Assembly (NCBI GenBank): GCA_050246315.1
Contig: JBFWWG010000011.1
Location: forward strand, 1 to 64,000
DNA from: Nitrospiraceae bacterium
Lineage (GTDB): Bacteria > Nitrospirota > Nitrospiria > Nitrospirales > Nitrospiraceae
Direction of reading: 5' to 3'
DNA length: 64,000 nucleotides
The notes beneath the pieces were generated by a model, which saw only the letters and a program-made list of their open reading frames with translations, was not told where the DNA came from and did not search any database. A program made the translations under genes and the position numbers. Every line of letters begins with the position of its first letter. Positions within the stretch are counted from its first letter, which is position 1. Below are positions 29,718 through 40,862 of the stretch, piece after piece.

Positions 29718-32363
29718 CTATCCCTGATCGAGTCGACGCTTGAGGTCGGCCAAGCGGTTCATGGCTTCAAGCGGAGTCATCGTGAACAAATCCATCTGCT
29801 TCATCTCGCTCAATATCGGATGGGGCGCGGGAAGCGAGGAGTCTTGCCTGGATCGTCCATGGTGGAGGGGCCGATCTGAGGATGACGCGCCTTGCTCCAA
29901 CTGATGGAGGACTTCCTGTGCGCGGTTGAGAATCGACAAGGGGAGACCGGCCAGCTTTGCCACGTGAATGCCGTAACTGCGATCCGCTCCGCCCTCCACG
30001 ATTTTTCGCAAGAACAGCACATCGCCGTCGCGCTCCTGCACCGCCACCCGATAGTTGCGGATTCCAGGGCGGAGGTCCTCCAATTGCGTCATCTCATGGT
30101 AGTGGGTCGCGAAGAGCGTTCGTGCCCCAACGTTCGATGGTGACTGAATGTATTCGGCAATCGACCAGGCCAGGCTCAACCCATCGTAGGTGCTGGTCCC
30201 GCGGCCGATCTCGTCGAGCAGGATGAGGCTCCTCGATGTGGCGTGCCGCAAGATGTGTGCGGTTTCCGACATTTCGACCATGAACGTGCTCTGGCCCGCG
30301 GCGAGGTTGTCCGATGCGCCCACCCGGGTAAAGACGCGATCCACCAGACCGATCCGCGCCCGGCTCGCAGGGACGAACGACCCCATTTGAGCGAGTAGGA
30401 CGATCAAGGCAACTTGCCGAAGATAGGTGCTCTTGCCGGCCATATTCGGACCGGTGATGATCAGGAGTCGGTGTGTTTCCAAATCCATCCGAGTGTCGTT
30501 CGGAATAAATCCGCCTTCGAGATCAAGGCGCTCAACGACCGGATGGCGCCCCTCGATGATCTCGATCATCGAGCCGTTGTCCACTGTCGGACGCCCATAC
30601 CGATGGAGAGCCGCGACTTCGGCCAATGCGGCGAGGGTGTCAACTAGAGCCAACCTCGCGCCGATGTTCTGTAGTCTGGCGATCTGGGCGGTGAGCTGCC
30701 GGACCAGCCGATCAAACAACTCGGCCTCCAAGGCCTTCAGTTTGACCTCCGCCCCCGTGATGCGTTCTTCCAGCTCCTTCAGTTCGGCGGTCATGAAGCG
30801 TTCGGCATTCACGAGGGTCTGCTTCCGCACATAATCGGGCGGCACTCGGCTCAGGTTTGGCTTACTCACCTCGATGTAGTACCCGAAGACCTGGTTATAC
30901 CGGACCTTTAGGGAGTCGATGCCGGTTCTTGTCCGTTCTCTGGTCTCCAGGTCGAGGAGCCACTGTTTCCCGTCTCGCATCGCGTTTCGCAGCGCATCGA
31001 CGGAGGGGTCACAACCATCCTTGACAATGCCGCCATCACGTGAAGAAAGCGGAACCTCGGGCAACAGCGATTCATTCAGCAGATCGTGCAGATCGGTCGC
31101 ATCGTCCCACTCGGCGCACAGACGGGCCAGCAGCGTGCTTTGACACCGACCCAGCAACGGCGGCAGTCCCGGCAAGACGGCCAGCGACTGCCTTAGGACC
31201 GACAGGTCTCTGGGGGTCGCCCGTGCTAGCGCCAGACGTCCGGTGAGGCGCGTCACATCCTGCACACCGCGAAGCAGGGAACGCATCTGTACGCGGGTCT
31301 CCAAGAGTTGGAGCAACTCCTGCACGGCGTCCAGGCGTTCGGCAATTCGGTCGATCCGCAGCGAAGGCCGAAGCACCCATTCGCGCAGCAACCGTCTTCC
31401 CATGACGGTGACCGTCCGGTCGATCACCGACAACAGGGTGTTTCGGCGGTCCGTTTCCTCCTGGCGATCGTGCGCGAGCGGGCGGACAAGTTCGAGATTG
31501 CGGATGGTCATGGCATCGAGGTGCATCTCGTCGCCCTGTTGGTGAATCACCAGGCCGCGGATGTGCCGCAGGTCCCCGTGGCGCTGGGTATCGCGGAGAT
31601 AGGAAAAAATAGCGCCAGCCGCTCGGAGGCAAGCCAGGGAGTTGAGTGTGTGCAGACGTTCGCATTCGGTGCGGGGGAACTGCTGGTGGAGGGCGGATTC
31701 GGCCGCGGCGAGATCGAACGGCTCGGGACCGAGAGGACAGATCCGGCACCCTCGTGGGAGGCCCGGCCGTTCAACCAGCGAGCGATCCAAGGTATCGGGA
31801 ATCAGCAGCTCTCTCGGCTCCAAACGGCTGAGTTCACCCATGAGTCGGGGCAGGGCCTCTTCACCCTCGAAAGAGCTGATGCGGAAGTCACCGGTAGACA
31901 GGTCGATGGCGGCAAGGCCGAATCCGACCGGGTGGGACGAGGAGGCTTCATCGGATGCGGTGAGAGCCGCAAGATATGCGGTTTCTTCAGGCGCCAACAA
32001 TTCAGCGTCGACCAGTGTCCCGGGTGTGTACAGCCGGACTACTTCACGACGGACCAATCCCTTGGCCAATTTCGGATCTTCCACCTGGTCGCAGAGGGCG
32101 ACCGTGCGGCCCGCTTTCAGAAGTTTGGCGATATACGTGGTCGCCGCGTGATAGGGCACCCCGCACAAGGGCACCGGATTGACACTATGTTTGTCACGCG
32201 AGGTCAGCGCGATGTTCAGCAGCCGGGACGCCTCCTCCGCATCCTGGTGGAACATCTCATAGAAATCTCCGACGCGGAAAAAGAGAATGGCGTCCCGGTA
32301 GGCCTCCTTGATTTCCCGATACTGCCGCATGAGCGGCGTTGAGTCGGCGCTATTCGTGATCAT
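29718..32363 (-). CDS. mutS: DNA mismatch repair protein MutS
   Basis: TPLMRQY, FFRVGDFYE, TGPNMAGKST, DEIGRGTST. Confidence 0.97.
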   Translation of the reverse strand: MITNSADSTPLMRQYREIKEAYRDAILFFRVGDFYEMFHQDAEEASRLLNIALTSRDKHSVNPVPLCGVPYHAATTYIAKLLKAGRTVALCDQVEDPKLAKGLVRREVVRLYTPGTLVDAELLAPEETAYLAALTASDEASSSHPVGFGLAAIDLSTGDFRISSFEGEEALPRLMGELSRLEPRELLIPDTLDRSLVERPGLPRGCRICPLGPEPFDLAAAESALHQQFPRTECERLHTLNSLACLRAAGAIFSYLRDTQRHGDLRHIRGLVIHQQGDEMHLDAMTIRNLELVRPLAHDRQEETDRRNTLLSVIDRTVTVMGRRLLREWVLRPSLRIDRIAERLDAVQELLQLLETRVQMRSLLRGVQDVTRLTGRLALARATPRDLSVLRQSLAVLPGLPPLLGRCQSTLLARLCAEWDDATDLHDLLNESLLPEVPLSSRDGGIVKDGCDPSVDALRNAMRDGKQWLLDLETRERTRTGIDSLKVRYNQVFGYYIEVSKPNLSRVPPDYVRKQTLVNAERFMTAELKELEERITGAEVKLKALEAELFDRLVRQLTAQIARLQNIGARLALVDTLAALAEVAALHRYGRPTVDNGSMIEIIEGRHPVVERLDLEGGFIPNDTRMDLETHRLLIITGPNMAGKSTYLRQVALIVLLAQMGSFVPASRARIGLVDRVFTRVGASDNLAAGQSTFMVEMSETAHILRHATSRSLILLDEIGRGTSTYDGLSLAWSIAEYIQSPSNVGARTLFATHYHEMTQLEDLRPGIRNYRVAVQERDGDVLFLRKIVEGGADRSYGIHVAKLAGLPLSILNRAQEVLHQLEQGASSSDRPLHHGRSRQDSSLPAPHPILSEMKQMDLFTMTPLEAMNRLADLKRRLDQG

Positions 32364-32694
32364 GGTGCTCGCTCTCCATGGAATGACCGGATGCCGACGG
32401 TTGGCGCAGCGCTTGCCCGAGGGAGGAACGGAGCCGTTCGAGATCGGCCTCCGTCTCTTGCAAGGCCTTGGTCTTGCGGCGGAGTTCGACGCGTCCCTGA
32501 ATCCAAGCAGGGAACAGGAGAATGCCCGCCACCAGCACGCCGACGACGAAGGCCCACAGGATGGGTTTATAGATCGGCGTCGAAGCGAAGTGGAGACCGA
32601 AGAGATAATGCAGGGTGACTTCCTGTTCCTGATTCTCAAGGAAAAAGGCGAGCATCATCAGCAGCAGCAGACCGACTAGGATCAGGCGGATCAT
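32350..32694 (-). CDS. LapA/DUF1049 family membrane protein
   Basis: TM-FFLENQEQEVTLHY-TM-coiled-coil architecture. Confidence 0.7.
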   Translation of the reverse strand: MIRLILVGLLLLMMLAFFLENQEQEVTLHYLFGLHFASTPIYKPILWAFVVGVLVAGILLFPAWIQGRVELRRKTKALQETEADLERLRSSLGQALRQPSASGHSMESEHHDHE

Positions 32695-32707
32695 CGGACC
32701 AGGTCTC

Positions 32708-33319
32708 CTACGAACGAACGGCGGTGCGGGACCGCCTTCGGCTGACTCTCGGCCGTGGCGGCGATGTACGTCGAATTGCAGCCAATCGGGCAAGCATCCG
32801 TCGAGATTGTGGGCCGGTGGCCCGGCACAGGATGAGGCGCGTGTTCTTTGTTCGGTGGGAGATCGCGATCTCTACACGATCGGCCGGCAGTTTGGAGCCG
32901 GCGTGTTCCGCCCATTCGACCGCGACCACCCAATCGCCGTCAAGATAGTCGGCCCATCCCACGTGGTCAAGTTCCTCTGGCGAGGCGAGCCGGTAGAGGT
33001 CGGCATGCGCGAGCGAAAGCCGCCCGCGATACTCCTGGATGAGGATAAATGTGGGGCTCGAGACGTCTTGCCGATTGGCGCCGAGTCCCGAGGCGAGTCC
33101 ACGGATGAAGGTCGTCTTGCCCGCGCCGAGTTCCCCAGTCAGCGCCAGTATCGATCCAGGGACGACACAGGCTGCCAGCCATTCGCCGATACGGGCCGTC
33201 TCACCCGGTGATCGGGACAGTCTGGTCCAACGTAGAGCCTGTTTGGCGGCAGCCGGCCCGACGGATGGCTGATCGAGGCGAGTTGACTTAGCTGATGTGC
33301 GAGAGTTGGCCGATGGCAT
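32708..33319 (-). CDS. tsaE: tRNA threonylcarbamoyladenosine ATPase TsaE (start may be downstream)
   Basis: GELGAGKTT, SSPTF, HADLYRL, VEW. Confidence 0.93.
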   Translation of the reverse strand: MPSANSRTSAKSTRLDQPSVGPAAAKQALRWTRLSRSPGETARIGEWLAACVVPGSILALTGELGAGKTTFIRGLASGLGANRQDVSSPTFILIQEYRGRLSLAHADLYRLASPEELDHVGWADYLDGDWVVAVEWAEHAGSKLPADRVEIAISHRTKNTRLILCRATGPQSRRMLARLAAIRRTSPPRPRVSRRRSRTAVRS

Positions 33320-34844
33320 ATGGAATCTGGTCGATCACATCACCGGCGATCATTCCCACCTGGCCATGTACCTGTGCGGCGAGGTCTCCGGCGAGACCGT
33401 GTAGGTAGGTGGCGGAACAGGCCGCGTCCCACGGGGACAACCCCTGTGCCACAAGCGAGACAATCATGCCGGTGAGCACGTCGCCGGTGCCGGCGGTTGC
33501 TAGACCGGGATTACCCGTTGGACAGATCGCGAGACGGCCTCCTTCGTCGGCCAAGAGTGTTCGCGCGCCCTTCAATACGACAAGACTCCCATGTGCAGCG
33601 GCGAAGGAAGAGGCCACCGAGATACGGTCGCGGTTGACCGCCTGCGCGTTATCAACTTTCACCAACCGAGCCATCTCTCCAGGATGGGGCGTCAGGATTA
33701 GCGGAGCCCGACAGCGGAGCAGAGATTCCGGGCGGTCGGCAACGGCATTTAACGCATCGGCGTCCAGCACACAGGGTTTCTCGATCAGTCCGAGCAGCCG
33801 ATGGATCAACTCGACGGTTTCCGGATGCGTCGAGAGCCCCGGTCCGATTGCGACTGCGGTTCGAGCGGCGACAAAGCCGGATATGAGGTCGAGGGCATTC
33901 ACACTGAACGTTCGATCGGCCGTATCAGGCACCGGATAGGTCATGGCTTCGAGTAGCTTGCTCTCCAGGACATCATTCACGCCTCTGGGTGTGGCGACTG
34001 TGACCAAGCCGGCTCCAGTCCGGAGCGCCGCCTTGGCCGCCAGAGCGGCCGCGCCGGTCTTGCCCGGCGATCCCGCGATGATTCCTGCGTGGCCGAACGT
34101 GCCCTTGTGCGACGAGGGTCTCCTGATTGGCAGGAGCCGCGCCACCGTTTCGGCGGTGAGGAGAGAGAGGGGAGCCTGAACGGCCTCGACATAATCGCCG
34201 GGTATGCCGATGTCAGCAATCCGCACCTCACCGGCATGGTCAATCCCCTCGTTCAGATACAGGCCGAGCTTGGGCAGGCCAAAGGTGACGGTGAGGTCGG
34301 CCCGTACGGTGTGGCTCAGGACGTGCCCCGTGTCTGTCTGGAGTCCGGAAGGCAGATCGACCGCGACGATCGGGCGGCCGGCTTGATTCAGAAGGTCGAT
34401 CACGGTGCCGTAGGTCCCGGTCACCGGAGAGGACAGTCCCGTGCCCAGCAACGCGTCTACGACCAGGTCGGACCAGGCCAGGCTGCCAGCGAGCTGCTCC
34501 GGAGAGGCGCTGGCGACGGTTGTCCGGCCGCCCGCGGTGCGCAGGAGGCGCCGGTACATGGTCTTGCTGTCGGATACCAGGTCCGTAATCGGATGGAACA
34601 GTAACACTCGGATCTGCGCCCGGCGTTTTGACAAGAGGCGTGCGACGACAAAGCCGTCTCCTCCGTTGTGCCCTTTGCCGCAGACGATGGTGACTCGTTT
34701 CCCCGTCAGGTCCCCGTAGCGAGAGGCCATGGCCTCAACGACCGCGGTTCCGGCTCGCTCCATTAAGACAAGGCTCGGGATCCCGCCTTCGCGGATCGTT
34801 CGCCGATCAAGCGCCTGCATCTGGGCCGCGGTGACGATCTTCAT
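33288..34844 (-). CDS. nnr: Bifunctional NAD(P)HX epimerase/dehydratase
   Basis: CGKGHNGGDG, HKGTFG, TPHPGE, GTGDVL. Confidence 0.93.
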   Translation of the reverse strand: MKIVTAAQMQALDRRTIREGGIPSLVLMERAGTAVVEAMASRYGDLTGKRVTIVCGKGHNGGDGFVVARLLSKRRAQIRVLLFHPITDLVSDSKTMYRRLLRTAGGRTTVASASPEQLAGSLAWSDLVVDALLGTGLSSPVTGTYGTVIDLLNQAGRPIVAVDLPSGLQTDTGHVLSHTVRADLTVTFGLPKLGLYLNEGIDHAGEVRIADIGIPGDYVEAVQAPLSLLTAETVARLLPIRRPSSHKGTFGHAGIIAGSPGKTGAAALAAKAALRTGAGLVTVATPRGVNDVLESKLLEAMTYPVPDTADRTFSVNALDLISGFVAARTAVAIGPGLSTHPETVELIHRLLGLIEKPCVLDADALNAVADRPESLLRCRAPLILTPHPGEMARLVKVDNAQAVNRDRISVASSFAAAHGSLVVLKGARTLLADEGGRLAICPTGNPGLATAGTGDVLTGMIVSLVAQGLSPWDAACSATYLHGLAGDLAAQVHGQVGMIAGDVIDQIPYAIGQLSHIS

Positions 34845-35000
34845 CCGAACCCTGCCTGATCACGGGCCGAGGTACTGCGAGGGGGCGAGGCTGTCGTGGC
34901 TTGTGCGATGAGGCATGCCATGAACCGAAGGCCCGATCGCCGCACGATGGATCGCATTGGGAGGTTGACGACCACCCGGGCCGTCAGGACTCGATCGTCG

Positions 35001-35714
35001 TCAGCGCACAAGGTCTTTCATCTCGCGGACCGCACGATCCAAGCCGACCATCAAGGCCCTGGCTACAATGCTGTGTCCGATATTGTATTCCACGATCTCC
35101 GGGATCTGCCGAAGGCGGCCGATATTGCGGTAGTTGAGTCCGTGTCCCGCATTCACGCCAAGCCCCAGCTTATAGGCGAGTTTGGCCGACTGCGCGAGGG
35201 CTTCGAATTCTGTCTGTTCCTCTTTCGCCCGCTTCGCATTGGCATAGCGTCCTGTGTGCAGTTCCACATAGTCTGCGGCGACTTTATGAGCCATTTTCAC
35301 ATGGTTGAGGTCGGGTTCGATGAAAAGGCTGACGGGGATGCCGCCTTCGTGAAGGAGGTGAATGACCTTCTCTACGCGATCGCGTTGCCCCACGATATCC
35401 AGCCCTCCCTCCGTCGTGAGTTCCTGGCGGCGTTCCGGTACCAGGGTGACGAGGTGGGGTTTCACGGAGAGGGCGATCTTGGCGATTGTGTCGTCCGCTG
35501 CCATCTCAAGGTCAAGCTTGGTCTTGATGATCTCCCGAAGCAGGGTGAGGTCACGGTCTTGGATATGGCGGCGATCCTCTCGCAGATGAACCACAATGCC
35601 GTCGGCGCCGGCCAGTTCCGCCAGCACAGCCGCCTCAATCGGGTCCGGTTCGCTGCCTCCCCGCGCTTGACGGAGCGTGGCCACATGATCGACATTGACT
35701 CCTAACCGTGCCAC
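35001..35714 (-). CDS. pdxJ: Pyridoxine 5'-phosphate synthase
   Basis: [33 protein letters not shown] start after GGAGG. Confidence 0.96.
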   Translation of the reverse strand: MARLGVNVDHVATLRQARGGSEPDPIEAAVLAELAGADGIVVHLREDRRHIQDRDLTLLREIIKTKLDLEMAADDTIAKIALSVKPHLVTLVPERRQELTTEGGLDIVGQRDRVEKVIHLLHEGGIPVSLFIEPDLNHVKMAHKVAADYVELHTGRYANAKRAKEEQTEFEALAQSAKLAYKLGLGVNAGHGLNYRNIGRLRQIPEIVEYNIGHSIVARALMVGLDRAVREMKDLVR

Positions 35715-35902
35715 AACACCTCCTGGATTCTTAGGTGTGAAAGCGCCCTCGGAAGGACTCCACGACAGTCGTGAGAGCCAGTTGGAAAGCGGGCGCATTA
35801 TGGCACAAGGACACCCCCTCTCGGCAAGCCGGTGATCCGTATCGCGTGGAATCGAGCGAGTCGGGCCGGTAATGGATGCTGCGGTGTAAGGTCTTGTGAA
35901 AA

Positions 35903-35931
35903 TTGACTATATCCCGTGGGTTCTCTAGAAT
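35903..35931 (+). promoter_or_regulatory. sigma70-like promoter of the alaC-thr operon
   Basis: TTGACT-17-TAGAAT. Confidence 0.65.
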
Positions 35932-35987
35932 GACGCCTTCACGTGTCACTCCGGTCACCAGGATGAGGACTTTGCAGCGGCCTTACC

Positions 35988-37178
35988 ATGTTCGATAGCT
36001 TTCCGCGTCTCAAGCGATTACCTCCCTACGTCTTTGCTCAGGTCCAAACCCTCAAGCAAGAGGCCCGCCGCCGCGGGGAAGACATCATCGACTTTGGAAT
36101 GGGCAACCCGGACCAGCCGACGCCCTCGCATATTGTCGATAAGCTGGTCGAGGCTTCGCGGAAGGGGACGAATCACCGCTATTCGGCATCACGCGGCATC
36201 ACCAAGCTTCGGCATGCCATCACGGCCTGGTACCGTCGGAATTACGACGTGGACCTGGACCCTGAAACGGAGGCGATCGTCACAATCGGCTCTAAGGAAG
36301 GACTGGCGCATCTCGCCTTGGCGATGCTGGGACCGGGCGATGTCGTGTTGACGCCGACTCCGACCTATCCCATTCATATGTACAGCGTGATCATCGCGGG
36401 CGGAGAGGTTCGCGGCGTCTCGTTGCGCCATGACAGCGACTTTTTCTCAGATCTATTGCAGGCCTACAAGCAGACGCTGCCGCGGCCGAAGGTCTTGGTC
36501 ATCAACTTTCCGCACAATCCTACAACGGCGGTCGTGGATCTTGAGTTCTTCAAAAAGATCGTCGCGTTTGCCAAAGAACATCAACTGATCGTGATCCACG
36601 ACCTGGCCTACGCCGATATCGTGTTCGACGGGTACAAGGCCCCCAGCTTCCTCCAGATACCCGAGGCCAAGGAGGTGGGGGTGGAGTTCTACACCCTGTC
36701 CAAGAGTTATAACATGCCGGGATGGCGTGTCGGGTTCTGCGTCGGCAATCGAGACATCGTCGGGGCGCTGGGGAAGATCAAGAGCTACCTGGATTACGGA
36801 ATTTTCCAACCGTTGCAGATTGCGAGTATCATCGCGCTCAATGGTCCGCAAGAGTGCGTGAAGGAAACCGTCCAGCGGTATCAAAAGCGGCGCAACGTGC
36901 TGGTGAACGGGCTCAATCGAATCGGATGGGCGGTCGATCTGCCTCGGGCGACCATGTTCGTCTGGGCCAGGATTCCGCCGGCCTATCGCGCGATGGGGTC
37001 GTTGGAATTCTCCAAGCTGTTGTTGCGCGAGGCCAAGGTCGCCGTCTCGCCCGGCATCGGCTTCGGGGAGGGCGGGGACGAATACGTGCGGTTTGCGCTG
37101 GTCGAGAATGAGCACCGAACCCGGCAAGCGGTGCGAGGGATCAAGCGGGCGCTGAAGTTGGAAGGACCCGAGCCGTGA
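35988..37178 (+). CDS. alaC: Class I PLP aminotransferase (AlaC-like)
   Basis: [30 protein letters not shown]; the alaC-hom adjacency is typical. Confidence 0.8.
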   Translation: MFDSFPRLKRLPPYVFAQVQTLKQEARRRGEDIIDFGMGNPDQPTPSHIVDKLVEASRKGTNHRYSASRGITKLRHAITAWYRRNYDVDLDPETEAIVTIGSKEGLAHLALAMLGPGDVVLTPTPTYPIHMYSVIIAGGEVRGVSLRHDSDFFSDLLQAYKQTLPRPKVLVINFPHNPTTAVVDLEFFKKIVAFAKEHQLIVIHDLAYADIVFDGYKAPSFLQIPEAKEVGVEFYTLSKSYNMPGWRVGFCVGNRDIVGALGKIKSYLDYGIFQPLQIASIIALNGPQECVKETVQRYQKRRNVLVNGLNRIGWAVDLPRATMFVWARIPPAYRAMGSLEFSKLLLREAKVAVSPGIGFGEGGDEYVRFALVENEHRTRQAVRGIKRALKLEGPEP

Positions 37179-38488
37179 AATCGCGCGTGGGAGTCGGCAT
37201 CATCGGATTGGGTACGGTGGGAACCGGCGTGGCCAGGATTCTGTTGGACAACGCGGGCCTGATCCGTCGACGCGTCGGGGTGCCGGTGGAGTTGATCCGG
37301 ATCGCGGACCTGGATGTGACGCGGGACCGCGGTCTGCCGTTCCCTGCCGGGATGCTGACGCAGGACAGCCGCCAGGTGCTGGACGATCCGGCAGTCGATA
37401 TTGTGGTGGAACTCATCGGTGGATACGACGCGGCGAAGCGCCTCATCCTCGATGCGATGGCCAAGGGCAAACAGGTGGTCACCGCAAACAAGGCCCTGCT
37501 GGCTGTGCACGGGGAAGAGCTGTATCAAGCGGCCGTCCGGCAGAAAGTGGAGTTGGCCTTCGAGGCCAGCGTGGGGGGAGGGATTCCCATCCTCCGCGCC
37601 CTGACCGAAGGGTTGGCGGCCAATCGCATCCTGTCGATCTACGGCATCATCAACGGGACCTCAAATTACATCCTGACCAGGATGACTCAGGAAGGACTGG
37701 GCTTCGAAGCGGTATTGGAGGAGGCCAAGGAGGCCGGCTACGCGGAAGCGGATCCGACCTTTGATGTGGAGGGGATCGATTCCGTCCACAAGCTTGCGAT
37801 CATGGTGTGCCTGGCCTATGGGACGCCGGTTGATGTCAAGGATATCTATACGGAAGGTATCACCAAGCTGACGCCCCTCGACATTGCATACGCGAAGGAG
37901 TTCGGCTACGTGATCAAGCTCCTTGGCATCGCCAAGTTGATGGATGGGGAGATTGAAGCGCGGGTGCATCCGACCATGATTCCGATTGCCTCTCCGATCG
38001 CCCAGGTGCATGGCGTCTATAACGCCATTCAAGTGGTCGGTGATGCGGTCGGTGATGTCATGCTCCATGGACGAGGCGCCGGCTCCATGCCGACCGGAAG
38101 TGCCGTGGTCAGTGATCTTCTGAGTATCGCGCGCAATCTGATCACAGGCGGGATCGGACGCGTGCCGGCTGCGTCGTTCCAGCCGGATCAACGGCGTCCC
38201 CTGCGCGTGCGGCCCATGGCCGACATTGAATCGCTCTATTACCTGCGGTTCATGGTCGTGGATCGTCCCGGCGTATTGTCGCAGATCGCGGGTGTGCTCG
38301 GCCAACACGGCATCAGTATTTCCTCTGTCCTGCAACAGGGGCGCAAAGAGGGGCAAACGGTTCCGGTGGTCATCCGGACACACCAGGCTGCCGAACGGTC
38401 CGTGCAAACCGCGTTGCGGGAAATCGGGCGGATGCCGTTCGTGTCGGAACCCCCGATGTTGATCCGCGTGGAAGGCCCGGACGAATAG
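37175..38488 (+). CDS. hom: Homoserine dehydrogenase with ACT domain
   Basis: [25 protein letters not shown]. Confidence 0.96.
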   Translation: MKSRVGVGIIGLGTVGTGVARILLDNAGLIRRRVGVPVELIRIADLDVTRDRGLPFPAGMLTQDSRQVLDDPAVDIVVELIGGYDAAKRLILDAMAKGKQVVTANKALLAVHGEELYQAAVRQKVELAFEASVGGGIPILRALTEGLAANRILSIYGIINGTSNYILTRMTQEGLGFEAVLEEAKEAGYAEADPTFDVEGIDSVHKLAIMVCLAYGTPVDVKDIYTEGITKLTPLDIAYAKEFGYVIKLLGIAKLMDGEIEARVHPTMIPIASPIAQVHGVYNAIQVVGDAVGDVMLHGRGAGSMPTGSAVVSDLLSIARNLITGGIGRVPAASFQPDQRRPLRVRPMADIESLYYLRFMVVDRPGVLSQIAGVLGQHGISISSVLQQGRKEGQTVPVVIRTHQAAERSVQTALREIGRMPFVSEPPMLIRVEGPDE

Positions 38489-38533
38489 GACGCGACCGTC
38501 CCTCGACCTGCTCCACATGAAAGTTTGACGGAC

Positions 38534-39592
38534 ATGCCTCGCTGGCGCGGCCTCATCGAAGAATACCGAAAATTCCTTCCCGTCACGGATCGCACCCCTG
38601 TGATCACATTGGGAGAAGGGAATACCCCGCTCGTTGAAGCCAGCCGACTGGCCGCACGAGTGGCGCCCGGCTGCCGCATCCATCTGAAGTTCGAAGGGGC
38701 CAATCCGACAGGTTCGTTCAAGGATCGCGGCATGACCTTGGCGATCTCGAAGGCGGTCGAGGCTGGATCCAAGGCGGTGATCTGCGCTTCCACCGGCAAC
38801 ACGTCGGCCTCCGCCTCGGCCTACGGCGCGCGTGCCGGCCTCGCCGTCTATGTGCTCATACCGGCCGGCAAGATCGCGCTCGGGAAACTTTCACAGGCGA
38901 TGATGCACCATGCGGTGGTGATCCAGATCGAGGGGAATTTTGATCAGGCTTTGACGATCGTGAAGGAGCTGGCGGCGACGCAGCCCATTGAATTGGTGAA
39001 TTCCATCAATCCGTTCCGGATCGAGGGCCAAAAGACCGCTGCCATGGAGATCTGTGATCAGTTAGGGGAGGCCCCGACGATCCATGCGTTGCCGGTGGGC
39101 AATGCCGGCAATATCACGGCCTATTGGCGCGGCTATTGTGAGTATCACCGTGCAGGACAAACGACGCGCCGCCCGCGCATGGTTGGGTTTCAGGCGGCGG
39201 GCGCGGCGCCGATTGTGCTCGGCCGGGTCGTCGAGCAGCCGCAAACGATTGCCACAGCCATCCGAATCGGCAACCCGGCCAGCTGGCAGGGGGCCCTCAC
39301 GGCGGTCGAGGAGTCCTCGGGATTAATCGATATGGTGACCGATGAAGAAATACTGGACGCATACAAGCTGGTAGCCCGTGAGGAGGGGGTGTTCTGCGAG
39401 CCGGCTTCGGCCGCCTCTGTGGCCGGAGTGGCCAAACTGTGGCGGAACAGGGCGCTGCCGGATGGGGCGGTGGTCGTCTGCACGCTGACCGGCCATGGGC
39501 TCAAGGACCCAGACACCGCCATGGGCGTGTCTGTTCAGCCGGTGACGGTCAAGGCCAACCGTGAGGAGGTTGTCCGGTTGCTCCGGTTGTAA
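38534..39592 (+). CDS. thrC: Threonine synthase
   Basis: [24 protein letters not shown]. Confidence 0.95.
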   Translation: MPRWRGLIEEYRKFLPVTDRTPVITLGEGNTPLVEASRLAARVAPGCRIHLKFEGANPTGSFKDRGMTLAISKAVEAGSKAVICASTGNTSASASAYGARAGLAVYVLIPAGKIALGKLSQAMMHHAVVIQIEGNFDQALTIVKELAATQPIELVNSINPFRIEGQKTAAMEICDQLGEAPTIHALPVGNAGNITAYWRGYCEYHRAGQTTRRPRMVGFQAAGAAPIVLGRVVEQPQTIATAIRIGNPASWQGALTAVEESSGLIDMVTDEEILDAYKLVAREEGVFCEPASAASVAGVAKLWRNRALPDGAVVVCTLTGHGLKDPDTAMGVSVQPVTVKANREEVVRLLRL

Positions 39593-39612
39593 GAGACAGC
39601 GGATTGCCGCAC

Positions 39613-40857
39613 ATGAAATATCTGATACTTCACGCGGAGGGATTTGCAGACGGCCCGCAGCCGGCACTCGCGGGCAAATCGGTGCTGGAAGTGGCCAAGA
39701 CGCCTCATCTCGATCGCATCGCCCGCTGCGGTGAATTCGGATGGGCGACGATTCCTTCCGAAGGGATGGCGCCGACCGGTGAGCTGACCGGGCTCACGAT
39801 TCTCGGATACGATCCGCATAAGTACTCAACGGGCCCGGCGCCGTTGGAGGCCGCAGGGCTTGGCATCTCGGTGGGGGAGCAGGATGTCGTGTATCGGTGC
39901 AGCCTGGTCACGTTGCGGGCCGACCATCAGACGGCCGGCCGTGCAAATTCCACCGATCCCAAGAAGCTGAGTCCGCAGGCGGTGTTGGAGGACGCCAGAG
40001 CGGGCAACATTGAGACCGATGAGGCCCGTGAGTTGATCGACGCCCTCAATGAGCAAGTAGGGTCGGAGACCATTCAGTTTTATCCTGGCGGTCGCCACGA
40101 ACATTTCATGGTTTGGGTCAATGGGAAGGCCCGAGCCGTCTGTCACAATCCGAAATCTGTGGAAGGACACCAGATCGGGGAGTATCTGCCCAACGGGGAT
40201 GGTGCGGACATTCTCCGCAAGCTGATGGATGCCTCGATGATGATTTTGCGCGATCATCCCGTGAATGCAGAACGGCGCGAGGCCGGCTTAAAGGCAGCCA
40301 ACTGCCTCTGGTTGTGGGGACAAGGACGCGCCCCCCTGTGGCCGCCGATCACGGAACGGTTCGGGATTACCGGTTCGATGGTCGCCATGAGCACCCTGCA
40401 CCGTGGACTAGGCATTTGTGCGGGATTGGAAGTGGTCGAGTTGGATGGGGCGCAGGAAGGCCTGGCCGAATTGCCGCTGCTCCGGCAAAGCGTGCTGACG
40501 GAATTGTCACGGAAGGACTTGGTCTATCTTCACGTGAGGTTAGCTGACCTGACCGTGGCAGAATCGGACGAAGGAGGCAAGGCCAAGGGGGTGTCGGCGT
40601 TTGATTATGACGTGGTTGGACCGCTGTTGGAGGCGCTCACGCAGAATGGGCCGTCCCGTCTGCTGGTGGTTTGCGACCGGTCGGAATCCTTGACCGAGCA
40701 AAAGCCTCTCCACTATCAAGCGCTCACGGCGCTACTGGATACGTCGCGACCCGGCGAAGAGACATCGGGCATCGGGTTCGACGAGGCCCATGCGAGTCGA
40801 CGGGGGGTGCCTCCCCGTGACGGGTTGCGATTGCTCGTGCGGTTGTTGAAGCGGTAG
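39613..40857 (+). CDS. ApgM/proposed-homoserine-kinase-like protein with degenerate catalytic motifs
   Basis: [31 protein letters not shown]...G...AN..WLWGQG. Confidence 0.8.
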   Translation: MKYLILHAEGFADGPQPALAGKSVLEVAKTPHLDRIARCGEFGWATIPSEGMAPTGELTGLTILGYDPHKYSTGPAPLEAAGLGISVGEQDVVYRCSLVTLRADHQTAGRANSTDPKKLSPQAVLEDARAGNIETDEARELIDALNEQVGSETIQFYPGGRHEHFMVWVNGKARAVCHNPKSVEGHQIGEYLPNGDGADILRKLMDASMMILRDHPVNAERREAGLKAANCLWLWGQGRAPLWPPITERFGITGSMVAMSTLHRGLGICAGLEVVELDGAQEGLAELPLLRQSVLTELSRKDLVYLHVRLADLTVAESDEGGKAKGVSAFDYDVVGPLLEALTQNGPSRLLVVCDRSESLTEQKPLHYQALTALLDTSRPGEETSGIGFDEAHASRRGVPPRDGLRLLVRLLKR

Positions 40858-40862
40858 GAACG

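Noticed and set aside
32364..32639. Extended N-terminus of MutS in the ORF track (similar extensions for ugd, cysS, truB, pilV)
   Set aside because: These extensions overlap upstream genes or promoters; downstream starts fit family N-termini better.
34845..35000. Possible acpS remnant between pdxJ and nnr
   Set aside because: Only 156 nt and no recognisable AcpS motif.
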